From assembly GCA_024137785.1 (NCBI GenBank), contig JAHRHZ010000018.1, positions 37,811,770 to 37,875,769 of the forward strand: 64,000 nt of DNA, in the 5' to 3' direction. The first letter of the stretch is position 1. Every line of letters begins with the position of its first letter. Below, in pieces: positions 25,693-38,420 of this stretch. The notes under the pieces are model-generated. The model saw nothing but the letters and a program-made list of their open reading frames with translations. It ran no database searches and had not been told where the DNA came from. The stretch is from Ginglymostoma cirratum (lineage: Eukaryota). Made by a program: the position numbers and the translations under genes.

Positions 25693-26621
25693 AACTATGT
25701 AGCCATGTTCATTTGAATACTACTGAAAGGTAGTTATTGTTGTAACATAGGGAAACTATCATACAAATGAACAACCATTTGGCATCTTTTAAAACTCAGC
25801 AGCGTATTGGCACTTTTCAACAAGGAAGTTTCTGCCTGTTTTTAAATGACCAAAACTCATTTACATTGCATTTAACACTTGTTATCCCTGCGTTTGCACT
25901 TTGGGGCATTCTGGCATTGTGAAGGTCATCATATAAACGTAAGCTTGCTCTTTATTTATGGATCATAAACAAACAGACCAACAATTCAGACACGTGGTTC
26001 AAAACAAAATTGAACTGTAAGCAACATCTATTATTTTCTACATTTAAGACTGCATGATGCAGGATTAGGAAGCAATTTAACAGTTTTGACATAACAGGTG
26101 ACTTTTATACCCAGGCATAAGGTTATGACAAAGTCAGGTCTATAGTTCTGGAGCAGAAACTGAGAAACATCTGTTGTCTGACTAACAACATGTTCACTCT
26201 ACCAGCACTGTCACATTGTCACTTATATATCCTTAAGCGGCCAACATCTGTCTCTAATTGTAATTCATGCAAGATGTGGCACTATGTTTCCTGACCTATA
26301 AAAACAAAAAAGGTTGCTTTGCACATTCATTGTGGCTCCGCTTAATACACCAGATTGGATTTTATTATTGCCCTCAACAGTGCACTGCAAGTAAAGACAG
26401 TGAAATGTAAATGGAAAACATTCCCATCATAATGGAGACATGATTAGTACAATTTTTTGAATGATCCCTGTCTCTAAGTAGCTTAGATAGTGGAGTTCTG
26501 GAGCTCACTGTGAAATTAGCTAATATAACTTCTAAAATCATTCCAAAAATGAAGAATACATGTTGCGAATATTTTGCCTTTTCCTTATTCTAAGATGAAA
26601 ACTTAGCTCTAAAAGTTAATG

Positions 26622-27144
26622 AGATAGTAGGAACTGCAGATGCTGGAGAATCTGAGATAACAAGGTGTAGAGCTGGATGAACACAGCAGGCCAAGCAGCA
26701 TCAGAGGAGCAGGAAGGCTGACGTTTCGGGCCTAGACNNNNNNNNNNNNNNNNNNNNNNNNNNNNNNNNNNNNNNNNNNNNNNNNNNNNNNNNNNNNNNN
26801 NNNNNNNNNNNNNNNNNNNNNNNNNNNNNNNNNNNNNNNNNNNNNNNNNNNNNNNNNNNNNNNNNNNNNNNNNNNNNNNNNNNNNNNNNNNNNNNNNNNN
26901 NNNNNNNNNNNNNNNNNNNNNNNNNNNNNNNNNNNNNNNNNNNNNNNNNNNNNNNNNNNNNNNNNNNNNNNNNNNNNNNNNNNNNNNNNNNNNNNNNNNN
27001 NNNNNNNNNNNNNNNNNNNNNNNNNNNNNNNNNNNNNNNNNNNNNNNNNNNNNNNNNNNNNNNNNNNNNNNNNNNNNNNNNNNNNNNNNNNNNNNNNNNN
27101 NNNNNNNNNNNNNNNNNNNNNNNNNNNNNNNNNNNNNTTGTTAT
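26622..27144. mobile_element. Penelope-derived foldback with 15-bp target-site duplication, spanning the assembly gap
   Basis: CTCTAAAAGTTAATG occurs at 26607-26621 and 27145-27159. The left arm is homologous to 56206-56334, and the right flank ttgttatctc is the inverted arm end. Confidence 0.8.
26738..27137. other. Assembly gap (400 N)
   Basis: Directly visible. Confidence 1.
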
Positions 27145-27899
27145 CTCTAAAAGTTAATGTTTTGTTTTTGAGGGGAATTCTATATTAGCATTTTTGTTGT
27201 TGTTGTCATTTTCCATCTCATTTATTGTCAACAGTGTTCTATTTAAGAAAATAGCAATTTATGAATAAATGAAAAAAGATCTTCTCAGCCATGTTCATTC
27301 CCTTTCTTACTCATGGTCTTGGTTTAATTTTATTTCTCAAACTGCTTTAGTTTAAGTAAAATACAATTTGTTTAGTGGTGTCAAAAGCTATCACAAAAAT
27401 GTGTTTGGTTTTCAAATTCCTATTCAAACTAAATAAATAACATAATTTATTTTCAGGACCTAAATGAAAGGAACAAGGGATTGTCCTTGGATACTTTGGC
27501 TCTGAGTTTAGCTTGAAGGATTTGAATTTCTTGAAACCAAAGCTGTTTGGCACTCCTTTTTTTTAGCTTTTTAGAAAGGTCAACTCATTAAGAATTCAAA
27601 ACATTTCTGTTACTCTCCATTCTACATTCTGTATTCTATGTTGACATCTACACTAATAGCCATGTGCTGTTAAGTACCTGAAAGTATAACACCCATATTA
27701 TTTATGGATCCATGATTATGCAAAAACACACTTTGCAATGACTGCCCGCATTGAAATAGTAAAATGAGATCACTTCTCAAAATGACATGGGCATTGTGTG
27801 AATCACTCATCCTGCAGATAGCACATCAACTTTGCTCTGCCTAATCATTCGAATTATTTCATGTCAGGCTAACACTAATGACACTGTTGATTGGCTGAA

Positions 27900-28305
27900 G
27901 GTATCAGCAGGCAGTGCAATATCATGAGTGGCTAGCACTGCTTACAGCTAGCCTACGTTGTTTAAAGCCAGCCTGCTCCTCGAAAATGGGAGTGCGTTTG
28001 TGGCTGGACTAGGTGTTGACGGTTATGTTGAATGTGACTCTGACCTGGGCAATAGGGAATAATGGCATAATAATAAGGGGGAGGCTGGCAGGCTTTCAGA
28101 CACTCTGCGAAGGGTCTTTGGAGAGGAGGTGGAAAGGAGGAGAGATGCCCTGACTACATGGAGGTGGAGGTTGGAGGGGGTGAGTGGTGGGTGGTGTGCA
28201 GGAGGTCCTTCAGAAGACAGTGAAAAGAGAAGGCTGTAGAGATCAATGCGAGGAAGCTAATCCTGAGGAGTTGGGTGCAGGGCCACAAGAGCTTCAAAGG
28301 TTAAT
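27900..28305 (+). mobile_element. Decayed Harbinger Myb/SANT-like ORF
   Basis: LSDTLRRVFGEEVERRRDAL ... AVEINARKLILRSWVQGHKSFK; shares the upstream tttaaagcca motif with ~31785. Confidence 0.55.
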
Positions 28306-28679
28306 CTTCTAATACCACATCCTGCCAACTGTGCTGATAATCCGAGATACTGCTCCTGATACCCCAAAAGCTTACCTCCCAACAATCTTTCACATATAAG
28401 TGGACATCAGTCTGCAAAATGTTGCCAATATCTCCAGATTTAATCTAGAAGGAGCTATTTGAATAGAAATTCTTTGCCCTGGTCACCTTCATAGCCTCTG
28501 ACAATGCGGTCTTTGTCCTGCTCTGAAGTTTCAGTTGTAGCTCAGCAAGGGCCAGATATCAGTGTGAACATCCTCACTGAAGTGTAGACATCTCAGAGAC
28601 TATTTCTTGCTGAGGTCGAGCAGAGAAAATGTGTCCTGACCACCCTGGGCTGATATAATTTCAATACTCGATAAGATGG

Positions 28680-28805
28680 ACAGCTGGAGCATAAGGACTG
28701 CAGCAGGTCAAGAAGGAAGCTCACCTCTAACTTCTCAAGAGCAACTAGGTATGGGCAATAAATGATAGCCAGCCAGCGATGCCCACATCCCACGAATGAA
28801 TTTTA
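28680..28805 (+). mobile_element. LINE 3' end sharing its tail with the local tRNA-SINE family
   Basis: ggactgcagcaggtcaagaaggaagctcacc...gggcaataaatg...cccacatcccacgaatgaa; the tail matches 33950-34015. Confidence 0.6.
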
Positions 28806-31800
28806 AATAAAGAGCCCTCTCCCCCTTTTTCTTCTCCCTCTTCGAGCAGCTTGCCCTGTGCTGCATGACTTCAATTGATTGGCCAAGTCATGCTGTATCC
28901 CAATAGGAGTGACTAGTACGGCAGTTATGTCTAGGAGCAATTAGTCTGTCAGCCTACAAGTCAGCATAACACCTTCATCACCTGCCAGGCCACTCCCTGT
29001 AAACTTTTACAATTTTAATTTTAGTTTTGAAAAAGCACCAAACAAGTGTATATCTGAAGTAACAGCAGAAGAAAACAAGCAGTAACTAATCTTTAGGTAA
29101 TTTTTGATCCCTCTAAATTGGGCTGGTCGGGTGTTCTACTAGCTTCTAAACACGTTTTTATTGTTCATGGTTAGGAAAGGGCACTGACTGGGCCATTGGT
29201 TTACAAAATGGCACCAATAATGACAAATCAGCAGTGTTGGTTGATGCCATGGTTTGCCAGCTTTGCACGCTTCTGATGAACGTTCACTGTGTGTGCCAAC
29301 ACCGTCACCAACTTGGCAGCTGGCGTGATTTTCTCAACAATTTTGCACATAAGGTGAAGATGTCAATTCTACAGGCACTTGTAGCACCGAAAGAAACATA
29401 CAAACAATTCCATTTTATCACCTTTTTCTCATTAGCCTAGAAATTAATGTTTGAGACCTTAGCGTACATAACATGTTTGTTGATATTTGCATGCCTGCTA
29501 CTTTAATGGAGATGCCAGCTTATTTAGAAAAGTATTGCCTCATGAATGTGTAGTTTTCATATGCTAATAGTGAAGACAGTAAGCTGCAGAGTATCTTAAA
29601 TCACACCAAAGTTATGGACATAATAACAAGATCCACATAGTATTAAATTACATGATTATGGATATCCTTTGAAAAATGCAATAACAATTGTATTTGTACT
29701 TTAAACAGAAATCAAGGACAGCTAAAAGGATTTCTTCCGCAGAAAATACAGTCCTTTCAATCCCAGGTCATAGGTCACAAGTGGAATTCGAAATACAAGA
29801 TCAGAGTAGCTTGTAAATATTTTGTTTAGGTTAAAATGAGACCTCAACTACTCCACAGTTAAGAAAGGTAAATAAAGGATAAGTGAGACCTTTAAGAATT
29901 TTACTTGTAGCTGTGAACGAAACTGTCAGAGCCCTTTATAACATGTCACATGCACTCCCTGTTCGGTGTCATTTAAACAAGTGAGCTGAAAGAGGGTGTA
30001 GTATTTATCTGCATATGATTTTCCAAATTAAACTAATTGTGAGAACTAGAACAATTGGAAATCAAATGGCAGATTTTGTTTAAGAATGGTCCGGCTTGAG
30101 CAAAAGTCAGCACAAGGGGACATCTGTGGTGATGAAACCTTTTTCACTTGTTTACTTTGAGATAGCTGTTACCCTCTATTTGTAAGTACACTTTCCATTG
30201 TTTGAAAATAACAATGTTAAAAGTCTAATCAAATCTTTCATTTCACATTTCTTTTTGTGACTCGTTGCTCTTTGTATTCCTTGGTTCTCAATCTGCTCTT
30301 TTGCTGTCGGTTAGTTTGTCTTCTCACTGTCAGTTTTGAAGAATGTTTTTTTAAAAAGGTCCTTGTGTATCAATTCTCCTCCCGCCTTCATTCGCCTCAT
30401 TCAATAGATGTTCGCAAGTCTGATTCAATTCTGGGGCCGCTGTTGCATTTTTTAAACCCATGTACTGCTAAAGGAATCCTGGACTTTAGACAACGTATTT
30501 AATATGCACAACATTCATTGAATACATATTTCCTTGCACGCCTTCCTTTGATTATATAAAAGTGGACATGACTATTTGAATTTTTGTCATAGGGAGATTA
30601 CTAGCTTTTTCTTAATCTTAGATGGTGTTGCATTTTAAGATTTGCCTTACCATGGAGTGGACTCAATGTCCTAGTGATGCAGAACAGGGTAGAATAACCA
30701 ATGCGAAGACAATGTTTGGGCATCAGGTGCAAATTCACTTTCAGTGCCACTTGGCCTCCATAGCAGCAGGTGCTGTGCAAAGCTCTTCTCTTTTTTCAGC
30801 AATTCTGTGCTATCTCTTCATTCCTTGGCATTGTATAAGTCCTGATTAATGGTGATCCTTCTGGTATTATGAACAATGAAACGGCTCGTCCTCAATTGTG
30901 CATCTAAATATTGAATGTTGGCAGACTGAAAGATCATCCCACAGGTGCCAGGCTCAACCAGTATTTGTTTTTACAGGTTGATCAACAGCCGGAATGGATC
31001 ATTATAAAGGGAAGTGGAGACCAAGAAGCTAGATTCATCTAAGCAACCGTTAGATGCACTAACTGGAAAAGCGTGAGATTGAAGGGGTGAAAGCTTTGTC
31101 CATCTAAAACCAAGTTGTGAACATTTAACCTAAGTATCATCATTGGATGGTCACTTTTCCAACTGAATTGAACAGCATAATAAGACAAGTCTTTGTTCAA
31201 ACCACACGAAATATATTGAAATTATAACTTAAATCAAACGAGGATAAATTTCAGGATAATCTTGAATTTATTTCAATGGAGGAACTTAAATTTAGTTACG
31301 TATTCCACGTGCTTCTAAATTTTATCAGTGGCTGTTTCTTTCTGAGCATGTGGTTGCTTAATACATGTATAGACTTCATTTAATCAAATTAGAAATCCTT
31401 CTGCTACTATTTAATCAAGGTGACCTGAAACCAAGGGCAGGTTTCATATTATACAACTGATGGCAAACAACTGACAAGAAGCTGGTCAGTAGCAATGACA
31501 AAGGTTATTGCTATTGCCCTGAGAGACTTTGAGCTTTCCTCATTTTGAACCTTCTGAGAGTTCATTTTAACAATAGCACCTGTAACTTAACAATGGACAA
31601 AATATTGAATACCTCTTGAAAACGGGCTGTTTCTGATGCAGGCAGCAAGAAACGTTATGCCGTGTGTTCATTTATAAAATTGTAGCGTGCAGCCAAGTCA
31701 AAGTGTGCTATTGAATGGCTGCACACTTCAGCAGGAGGTACAACATTGTGAGGTGCCAATATGGTTTCAACAAATCTGTACCATTTAAAGCCAACTTTCA

Positions 31801-32060
31801 CCTCTTAAAGGGGAGACTCATTGTGACTGTAACCCATTTTAAATGTGGGCTTTATCTGAGAAAGACACTAGAATCACACTGTGTGACAGAAAGCAGGCTT
31901 CAGGGATCTACAGCACAGCATTGGGAAGCTTTGGAGCAGGATGTGATGAGGAAGAAAGATGTTCACCAACCACAGAGAATAGGAAGCCCTCCTGACAGAT
32001 ACTGTGGAGGCAATAGGAGCAGATGACCATGGAGGTCAATGTAGTAATAAATGCCTGAGG

Positions 32061-32332
32061 ACCATAAATGTACAATAGGGAACAGGAGGGTTGGAGTGAA
32101 TTGAAGCAATTCCACGAAGAGAATGATGGGTGTCTGGAATTCACTGCCTGAAAGGTGGTATAGCTGGGAACTATCACAACATTTAAGAAGTATTTAGATG
32201 AATACTTGAAAAGACATTCTATGTGAGGCTGCTGGCTAAGTGCTGGGAAATGGGATTAGAGTAGATTGTGCTTGATGACTGGCACAGGCACGATGGGCTG
32301 AAGGGTCTCTTTCTGTACAGTAATATTGTATG
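32061..32332 (+). mobile_element. CR1 3' fragment nested in the Harbinger Myb ORF
   Basis: tggaattcactgcctgaaagg...acatttaagaagtatttagatg...gatgggctgaagggtctct. Confidence 0.8.
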
Positions 32333-33674
32333 ACCTGGATAAAGAGCTTCAAGAGTTTCAATGGTTTCATGAGAATGGTCAATGTCATGAATGCATCATC
32401 AAATGCCTTTTCCCATCGAAGGCATCACTAGCCTCAGAAAATGCTCAATGTACCACACCTCCATCACTCAGCTACCGACAATCCCTATCAATCAGAATTC
32501 ATACTTCACATGTCACCTTTAAATACTACATCCTGCTGCAAATCTCAAACTCACAGCTTATACTGTGCACACACTGCCCATAGTCTACTGTGACAAGTTC
32601 ATCACCCAAACACATTGCACTGATTGATGTGCTGTTCCCTTCCATGATGAGCAAGCATTAATGAACGAACAGAGGACAGGCATGGCTGGAAGCCCTCATC
32701 CAGAGGGAGGAGAGTGTTCACCATCATTGGAACTGCCACAACACAGGCAGTGGCCAGCAACAAGGTTTGATGCATTTGCTGATGGTGATAGCTCATATCT
32801 AATCCTGTTTCCCTCATCCCATTTCTTCCTTATCCCACAACCTCTCTGGATTTAAGAATTGCAAATGGTGTAAGTATGTACCTCTTGCCTTCCCCTGCTG
32901 CCCTCATCACCAACATACACTTATGACTTTTTCCCTTCCCAAAAAACTAGAGTCTGATAAGGCTTTATATCAGGGACAAGAAGTATAAGAGGAAGAATAG
33001 ACTGATACTAATGAAACACAGTCACTTGATCTCACATTCGCAGTGCCCTGCTAAGTTATTGACACTGTGTGTACTTTCGAGGGTAGCACACTGAAGGGAT
33101 GTATATGTGGTGAAATCCTGGACAAAAGCAACCTGCAGCACAAAAAGAAGGAGAGAGCAAATCTATGTTACCTAAATGCAGGACAATGTGCAAGTGTGTT
33201 CTGTTGCAGAGGACTCAGATGAGGACTTCGACAGGATGATAGATATGCACACAAAATTGTTCAATTCATTAGCAGATCTGCCAGACAATCAGTGTTGCTG
33301 GACAGTGTTCAGAGTTTGAGTACATCCTTTCCAGCATGCAAATTGCAGTGAACTCCAATGCTGAACATATGGACCATAATACGACAACATGATGCATTAT
33401 CTGATCATAAGTGTCTAACCTTTCAGACTGCAGCACATGCAGAAGTCATCCAGAGTCTGTCAGAGTCTGCAACACATTGCTAAGATTGGTAATATGCCTT
33501 CATGATAGCAAGATAGTACAGGAAAAAGCAGACCAAGACAAATCCTGAGATGTTATCTGGAGGTTATTCTTGGGTTTCCTCCAGAGTGGTACAGACATTA
33601 AAATCACACAATGGTCTGTTGAATGGCATTCCAAGTTGCAACATGGCTCTTCTTACATGCATACTGCATGAGTC

Positions 33675-34015
33675 TGGAGAGGCAATAGTCTAGTGGTATT
33701 ATTGCTGGACTGCTAACCCAGAAACCCAGAGAACCTGCTGCCGACTCGTGTTGGAATCCCACCACAGCAAGCAGAGGAATTTGAATTCAATAAATAGAAT
33801 TAAGAATCTAATGATGACCATAGTCCATCACTGATTGTTGGGAAAAACCCCATCCAGTTCTCTAATGCCCTTTAGGGAGGGAAACCATCCTTGGTTTGGC
33901 CTATATGTGACTCCAGACCCACAGCATTGCAGTTGACACTTACCTGCCCTCTGGGCAATTAAGGATGGGCATTAAGTGCTGCCTAACCAGCGACACCCTC
34001 ATCCTGTGAATGAAA
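33675..34015 (+). mobile_element. Near full-length elasmobranch tRNA-derived SINE nested in the Harbinger relic
   Basis: tagtctagtggtattatt A-box, gttggaatccc B-box, tail ccagcgacaccctcatcctgtgaatgaa. Confidence 0.85.
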
Positions 34016-34779
34016 AAGGAAACAAAAAGTCTGTGAACAGCACAATGAACGCGTGGGCTACGTTAGTATTTGTCTCCCAGCAGGCATCCTCTGGTTTCTT
34101 GTGGTGGCTCAAATATTGATGTAATGGTGGACTGCTGCAGATTAAAGACATCATGATGGTTGCCAAGATACTGGGCATTGACAAGAGTGATTCACTGAGT
34201 ATTGCTGGACTGCAACAATGTGTGGTATAGATAATGGTGCCATCGTGAAACCTGCTTTCTGGCAAAGCTACATGTTTGCTTTTCCTGCTTCTATCTGGCA
34301 AGAAGAAATTAAGTGTACTTTAAACACCTACACAGCCTCAATGATATCCCTTATGTAGCTCTGGATGGTGAGATATTGGAAATATCACTTGTCCAAGCCT
34401 GAAAGGAGCAGGACGTGAAATGATTGATGGCTACATTTGCATTGACAGATAGTGACAATGCCTGACTCTGAGGCTGCAATGCTGCCTGTCACAGAAAGCA
34501 GATTTCAGAGAGTGAAATGGAGATGTTGCATTCCTTAGAGTTAAGACAATTATTCTCTGAACTCCCTGCATGGAGATGTTTCCTGCTTGTATCCCTCCCT
34601 CCTCTCTCTGCCACCTTGGATCAGCTTGTTTGTCCTCTGTGTCACCTCTACGCTTTGTCCCTGTCATGTGGTTGGCTGGGGGTGGGGTGGGTGATGTTGG
34701 ACTTGCATCTGAGCAGAACCTTTGAAGTGAGAAGCAAGGCCTTCACCAGATGACACATCATCTTCTCTACGCCTGGTTT

Positions 34780-34975
34780 GTAATCCAGAAGATGCCAACA
34801 TCGTGGGATCAATTCTTACACTGGCTGAAGTCACCATGAAAGTTCCATCGTCTCGACCTTATCCCTTGGTTGAGGTCTGATGACCCTCAGGTTAAACCAC
34901 CACCATTGTTTCTCTCTCTCTCTCTAATGTGAGAGCAGCCCTATGGTCCTCTCGCAACCTTAGTCTTACTTTACC
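34780..34975 (+). mobile_element. Short SINE-like repeat with internal (CT)n
   Basis: gggatcaattc B-box-like; gaccctcaggttaaaccaccacc...gagagcagccctatggtc. Family not named. Confidence 0.5.
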
Positions 34976-37559
34976 CTCTGGCATTCATCAACTTGAAGTA
35001 CAATCCTGCACATACTTTGACTGATTGAGGAACTTCTAATAGAAATCCACTGTCAAATAAGTTGAAACTATTTGACAATTCCTCGAAATAATGGGAAATG
35101 CGGTATTCCTGTTACTACATGCTCAGCTCTGTGATGCAGAGGGCATTAACTGGAGTATTGAGGTCAAAAGCTGCACTACTAGAATCAGATTTTATTACTA
35201 CGTAATGCACAAAGTTAAAATCATACCCCTAAGATTAAATCAATATTACACACTGACCAAGCTCACAGTTCGTCTATTCTGTATTCTTAGGGTTGATCAT
35301 CCCAGAGTCTGTGCTAAAGACTTACCAAAATTCTATTTGGTGCCACCCACACCAGAAATGTGTGTGTGACGTGAGTATCATTTTGGATTTGAACTGATGA
35401 AACAAATGTGCATGGTGTAATCTAATCCTGTAGCCATTGTTTTTCCTTTCTGTTCGATCTTATTTATTCTGCCTCCTACTGGTTGACTTACAATCAGTCA
35501 CTTCTGCTGAAAGACTGCACAGAAATGGGGATCGGGGTGCACAAGGGTACAAACAAGGAATAAAGTACCAGTTGCAAAAATAAAAGGTTTTCAATTGTGA
35601 CAGCCTTCAGAGAACTTTCTGTAGATTTTATGTTACCATTTGTTCTATGGTTCAGTCCTATTAAGTAGTTGCACCAATTAGTACTGCCCCATCATGATTG
35701 CATTTATAGTCTCATTCAAAATGAGAGAGTTGCAGTGCTGATCAACTTGCCGCTTCTCAATTGGCATGTGCAAATTCCATTGGCACAGGCAAAGGTTGCT
35801 GCAGCTCCCAGGAACAAGTGTTGTTCCTTTATACTTGGCTGGCCAAGCTGAGGCGAATAATATTTAATCTCACAAATACCTCGGAGAGCGAACACCTCAA
35901 CGATTTGCAAAGTCTAGAGCAAGAATACATTAACAAATTTTTGAAAACACACATTGAGTTTGCAATTTTGTATCCAGGCAGTGGACTGTGAAACTTGTGA
36001 ATTGGTTTTTAAAGCTTTGTTAAAACCAGAAAGCACAGATGTTAAAACTAGGTTCAGATGTAGCGACAGATGGTATTTGATTATGGAGCAGACTGTTCGT
36101 ATAATACAAAGATGCTGCTTCAGCCATACATGAGGCGCTTCGGATAGTGGTAGTGGAAAAGATTTCAGGGAAATTTAGAAAGCAGGTGGTTCCAGTGGTG
36201 GTGTCATTTCAAACTGTCTGCTTCTGGCTGTCGTGTTTGACAGTGACACTAAATTCACCCATGGCGTCAATAGCCCTGTTTACAAGGTACTTCTCCAATT
36301 TAGATTTAAATTTGAATTTGGAGTGAAAGGGACTATTGGTAATTGAGATGGCAGCAGGCTGGAGAGAAATCCAGAATGGCCTTTCTTCAGATTTCAATCA
36401 GGCATTATCATAATGTGTATTCATACGGATAAAAATCTATTATATATGTTTTCTATCCGTTAGACAGCAGTGGGATGTTGATTTCCTCCAGGGAATGAAG
36501 AGATCTCGTAATCCTTAAATAACAGGACTGGACTGGATTCAGATATTATATTAATTGTGCTGGCATTACTATAACAGCAGGTTAAAGTTTTAATTGGGGT
36601 GAGTTTTAAGCAGCGCTTATTATAATAAAAAAATTCCATTTCCTCAATTTCAGAACTCCTAAATTTAAATATTATACTACAATATATAATTTTAAATTTT
36701 AGTACGAGAACAAGGTCTGATCATTGATACGTGCCTGTTTTTATGTCATTTGGCTTAATAAGTGCTTTTTATATTGGTGGACAAATGAAACAGGAGGAAG
36801 AGTGCCACATGACTGCTCTAGATCATGACATAACTCTGGCATATTACTGAACTGCAACAGAATGATCACACAGACAATGTAAACCTTCATACAATTTATC
36901 ACGTTCGGTAGCTTTTTTTTAATATTATTGGTGGCTGTCATGTTGATATTTTTAACAGATTTGAAGCTTTACCCCTATTTATTTTGGTATGATTTGTGTT
37001 TTAAATTTTAAAAATAGACAGATTTGTATGTTGTCCTTTAGCAAATGAAAAGGTAATTTTCTTTCCTTGTGAACAAATCTGCTTAAAATAAACAAAGGGA
37101 ATCATGTTCTTTGAATTGCAATTATTTGATAATTAACCCTTTCTGGCTCCCAATAAACTTTGTTTATTAAATTATCTTTTGAAGGCATGATTTGTTGATG
37201 GAATTCATTGGGCAAAAACCTGAACATGATGACTGTCCTGTTTATATTCATGCTTTGCGTGATGGTTAATGGAACTATCAGTCAAAATTATTCCTAGGTC
37301 ATTACCTTCTAAGAAGAAATAGTAAACCTAGTGTACATTAGAAATGGGAAGTGTTTAGCTCTGTTTTTGAGCACTGAAGAATTTCCATGCTTTTGACAGC
37401 AGCTAGACTACATTTATAATTCAATGTAGTACTGAGATACTGCAATATCAACATTTAAATTTGTGACCTTAACAATTGTTTCCAAATAGTCTCTAGTACT
37501 ACAAACATTGGAGCTCAGCCTCAACTGTTTACAATTTAGATGAATTAGTTGTATGTAAG

Positions 37560-38420
37560 TTAACAAGGTTGTGAAGGAACCTACAAGAAAATATAAATAG
37601 GTTAAGTGAATAGGCAAAGATGTGGAAAATGGGATTTAATATGGAAAAAAGACATTGTCCATTTTGGCAGGAAGATTAAAATACAAGTTTATTATCAAAA
37701 TGGTGACAGATTACAGAGCTCCAAGATGATGAGGAATCCGAATGTCCTAGTGCATGAATTGCAAACTGTTAGTATGCATGTACAGCAAGTAATTAGGAAA
37801 GCTGATGGAATGTTATAATTTATTGCAAATGGGACTGAATACAAAATCAGGGACATTATGGTTCAGTTATACAGGGCACAGGTGAGAGCGCATGTAGAGT
37901 ATTGTGTACAGTTTTGGCCTCCTTTTTAAGGAAAGATATAAATGCATTGGCAGCAGTTCACACAAGGTTTACCAGATTAATTTCTCGAAAGGGCATGTTG
38001 TTTTACAAACAGAAGGTGGAGGGGTTATGCTTGGATCTACTGAAATTTAGAAATGTAAGAGTTGACTTGATTGAAGCATGTAAGACCCTGAGGGGGTCTT
38101 TACAGATTGGAAGTAGAAAGAATGCTTCCTCTTACAGGAGAATCTACAACTAGAAATCAGTGTTTAAAAATAAGGGATTCCCCACTTAGATCAGGGCTGA
38201 GGATTTTTCGTTCTCAGAAGCTTGTGAGGCTGTGGGAGTTCCTTCCTGAAAAGGTGATGGAAGCTGAGTCCTTAAAAATTTTTAGAGTTGATAGATTTGT
38301 GTTAATTATAGGGTGAAAGGTTATCAGGAGTCCAGGGGAATGTGGATTTGAGGTTAATGAATGGTGGAGTAGGCATTGAGGAACCCAACAGGCTAATCCT
38401 GTTCCTTGTCTCCATGTTTA
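37560..38420 (+). mobile_element. Degenerate CR1 3' fragment
   Basis: IVHFGRK, VQQVIRKADGML, RKDINALAAVHTRFTRLI and LVRLWEFLPEKV motifs. Confidence 0.9.

Larger units (their letters stand above)
31700..34760. mobile_element. Decayed Harbinger DNA transposon: Myb-like ORF (+, 31900-32390) convergent with DDE transposase (-, 34060-34413)
   Basis: + strand: WEALEQDVMRKKDV...MEVNVV...TWIKSFKSFNGFMRMV. - strand: SCSFQAWTSDISNIS, IQSYIRDIIEAV, GTIIYTTH, VNAQYLGNHHDVFNLQQS, EPPQETRGCLLGDKY, matching in order the HARBI1-type motifs GSFQ, GAIDCTH, PGS.HD and LLGD.GY. Confidence 0.75.

Noticed and set aside
30961-31042. Possible + strand exon after ttttacag (VDQQPEWIIIKGSGDQEARFI*)
   Set aside because: No recognisable homology or partner exons; acceptor-like motifs are common by chance.
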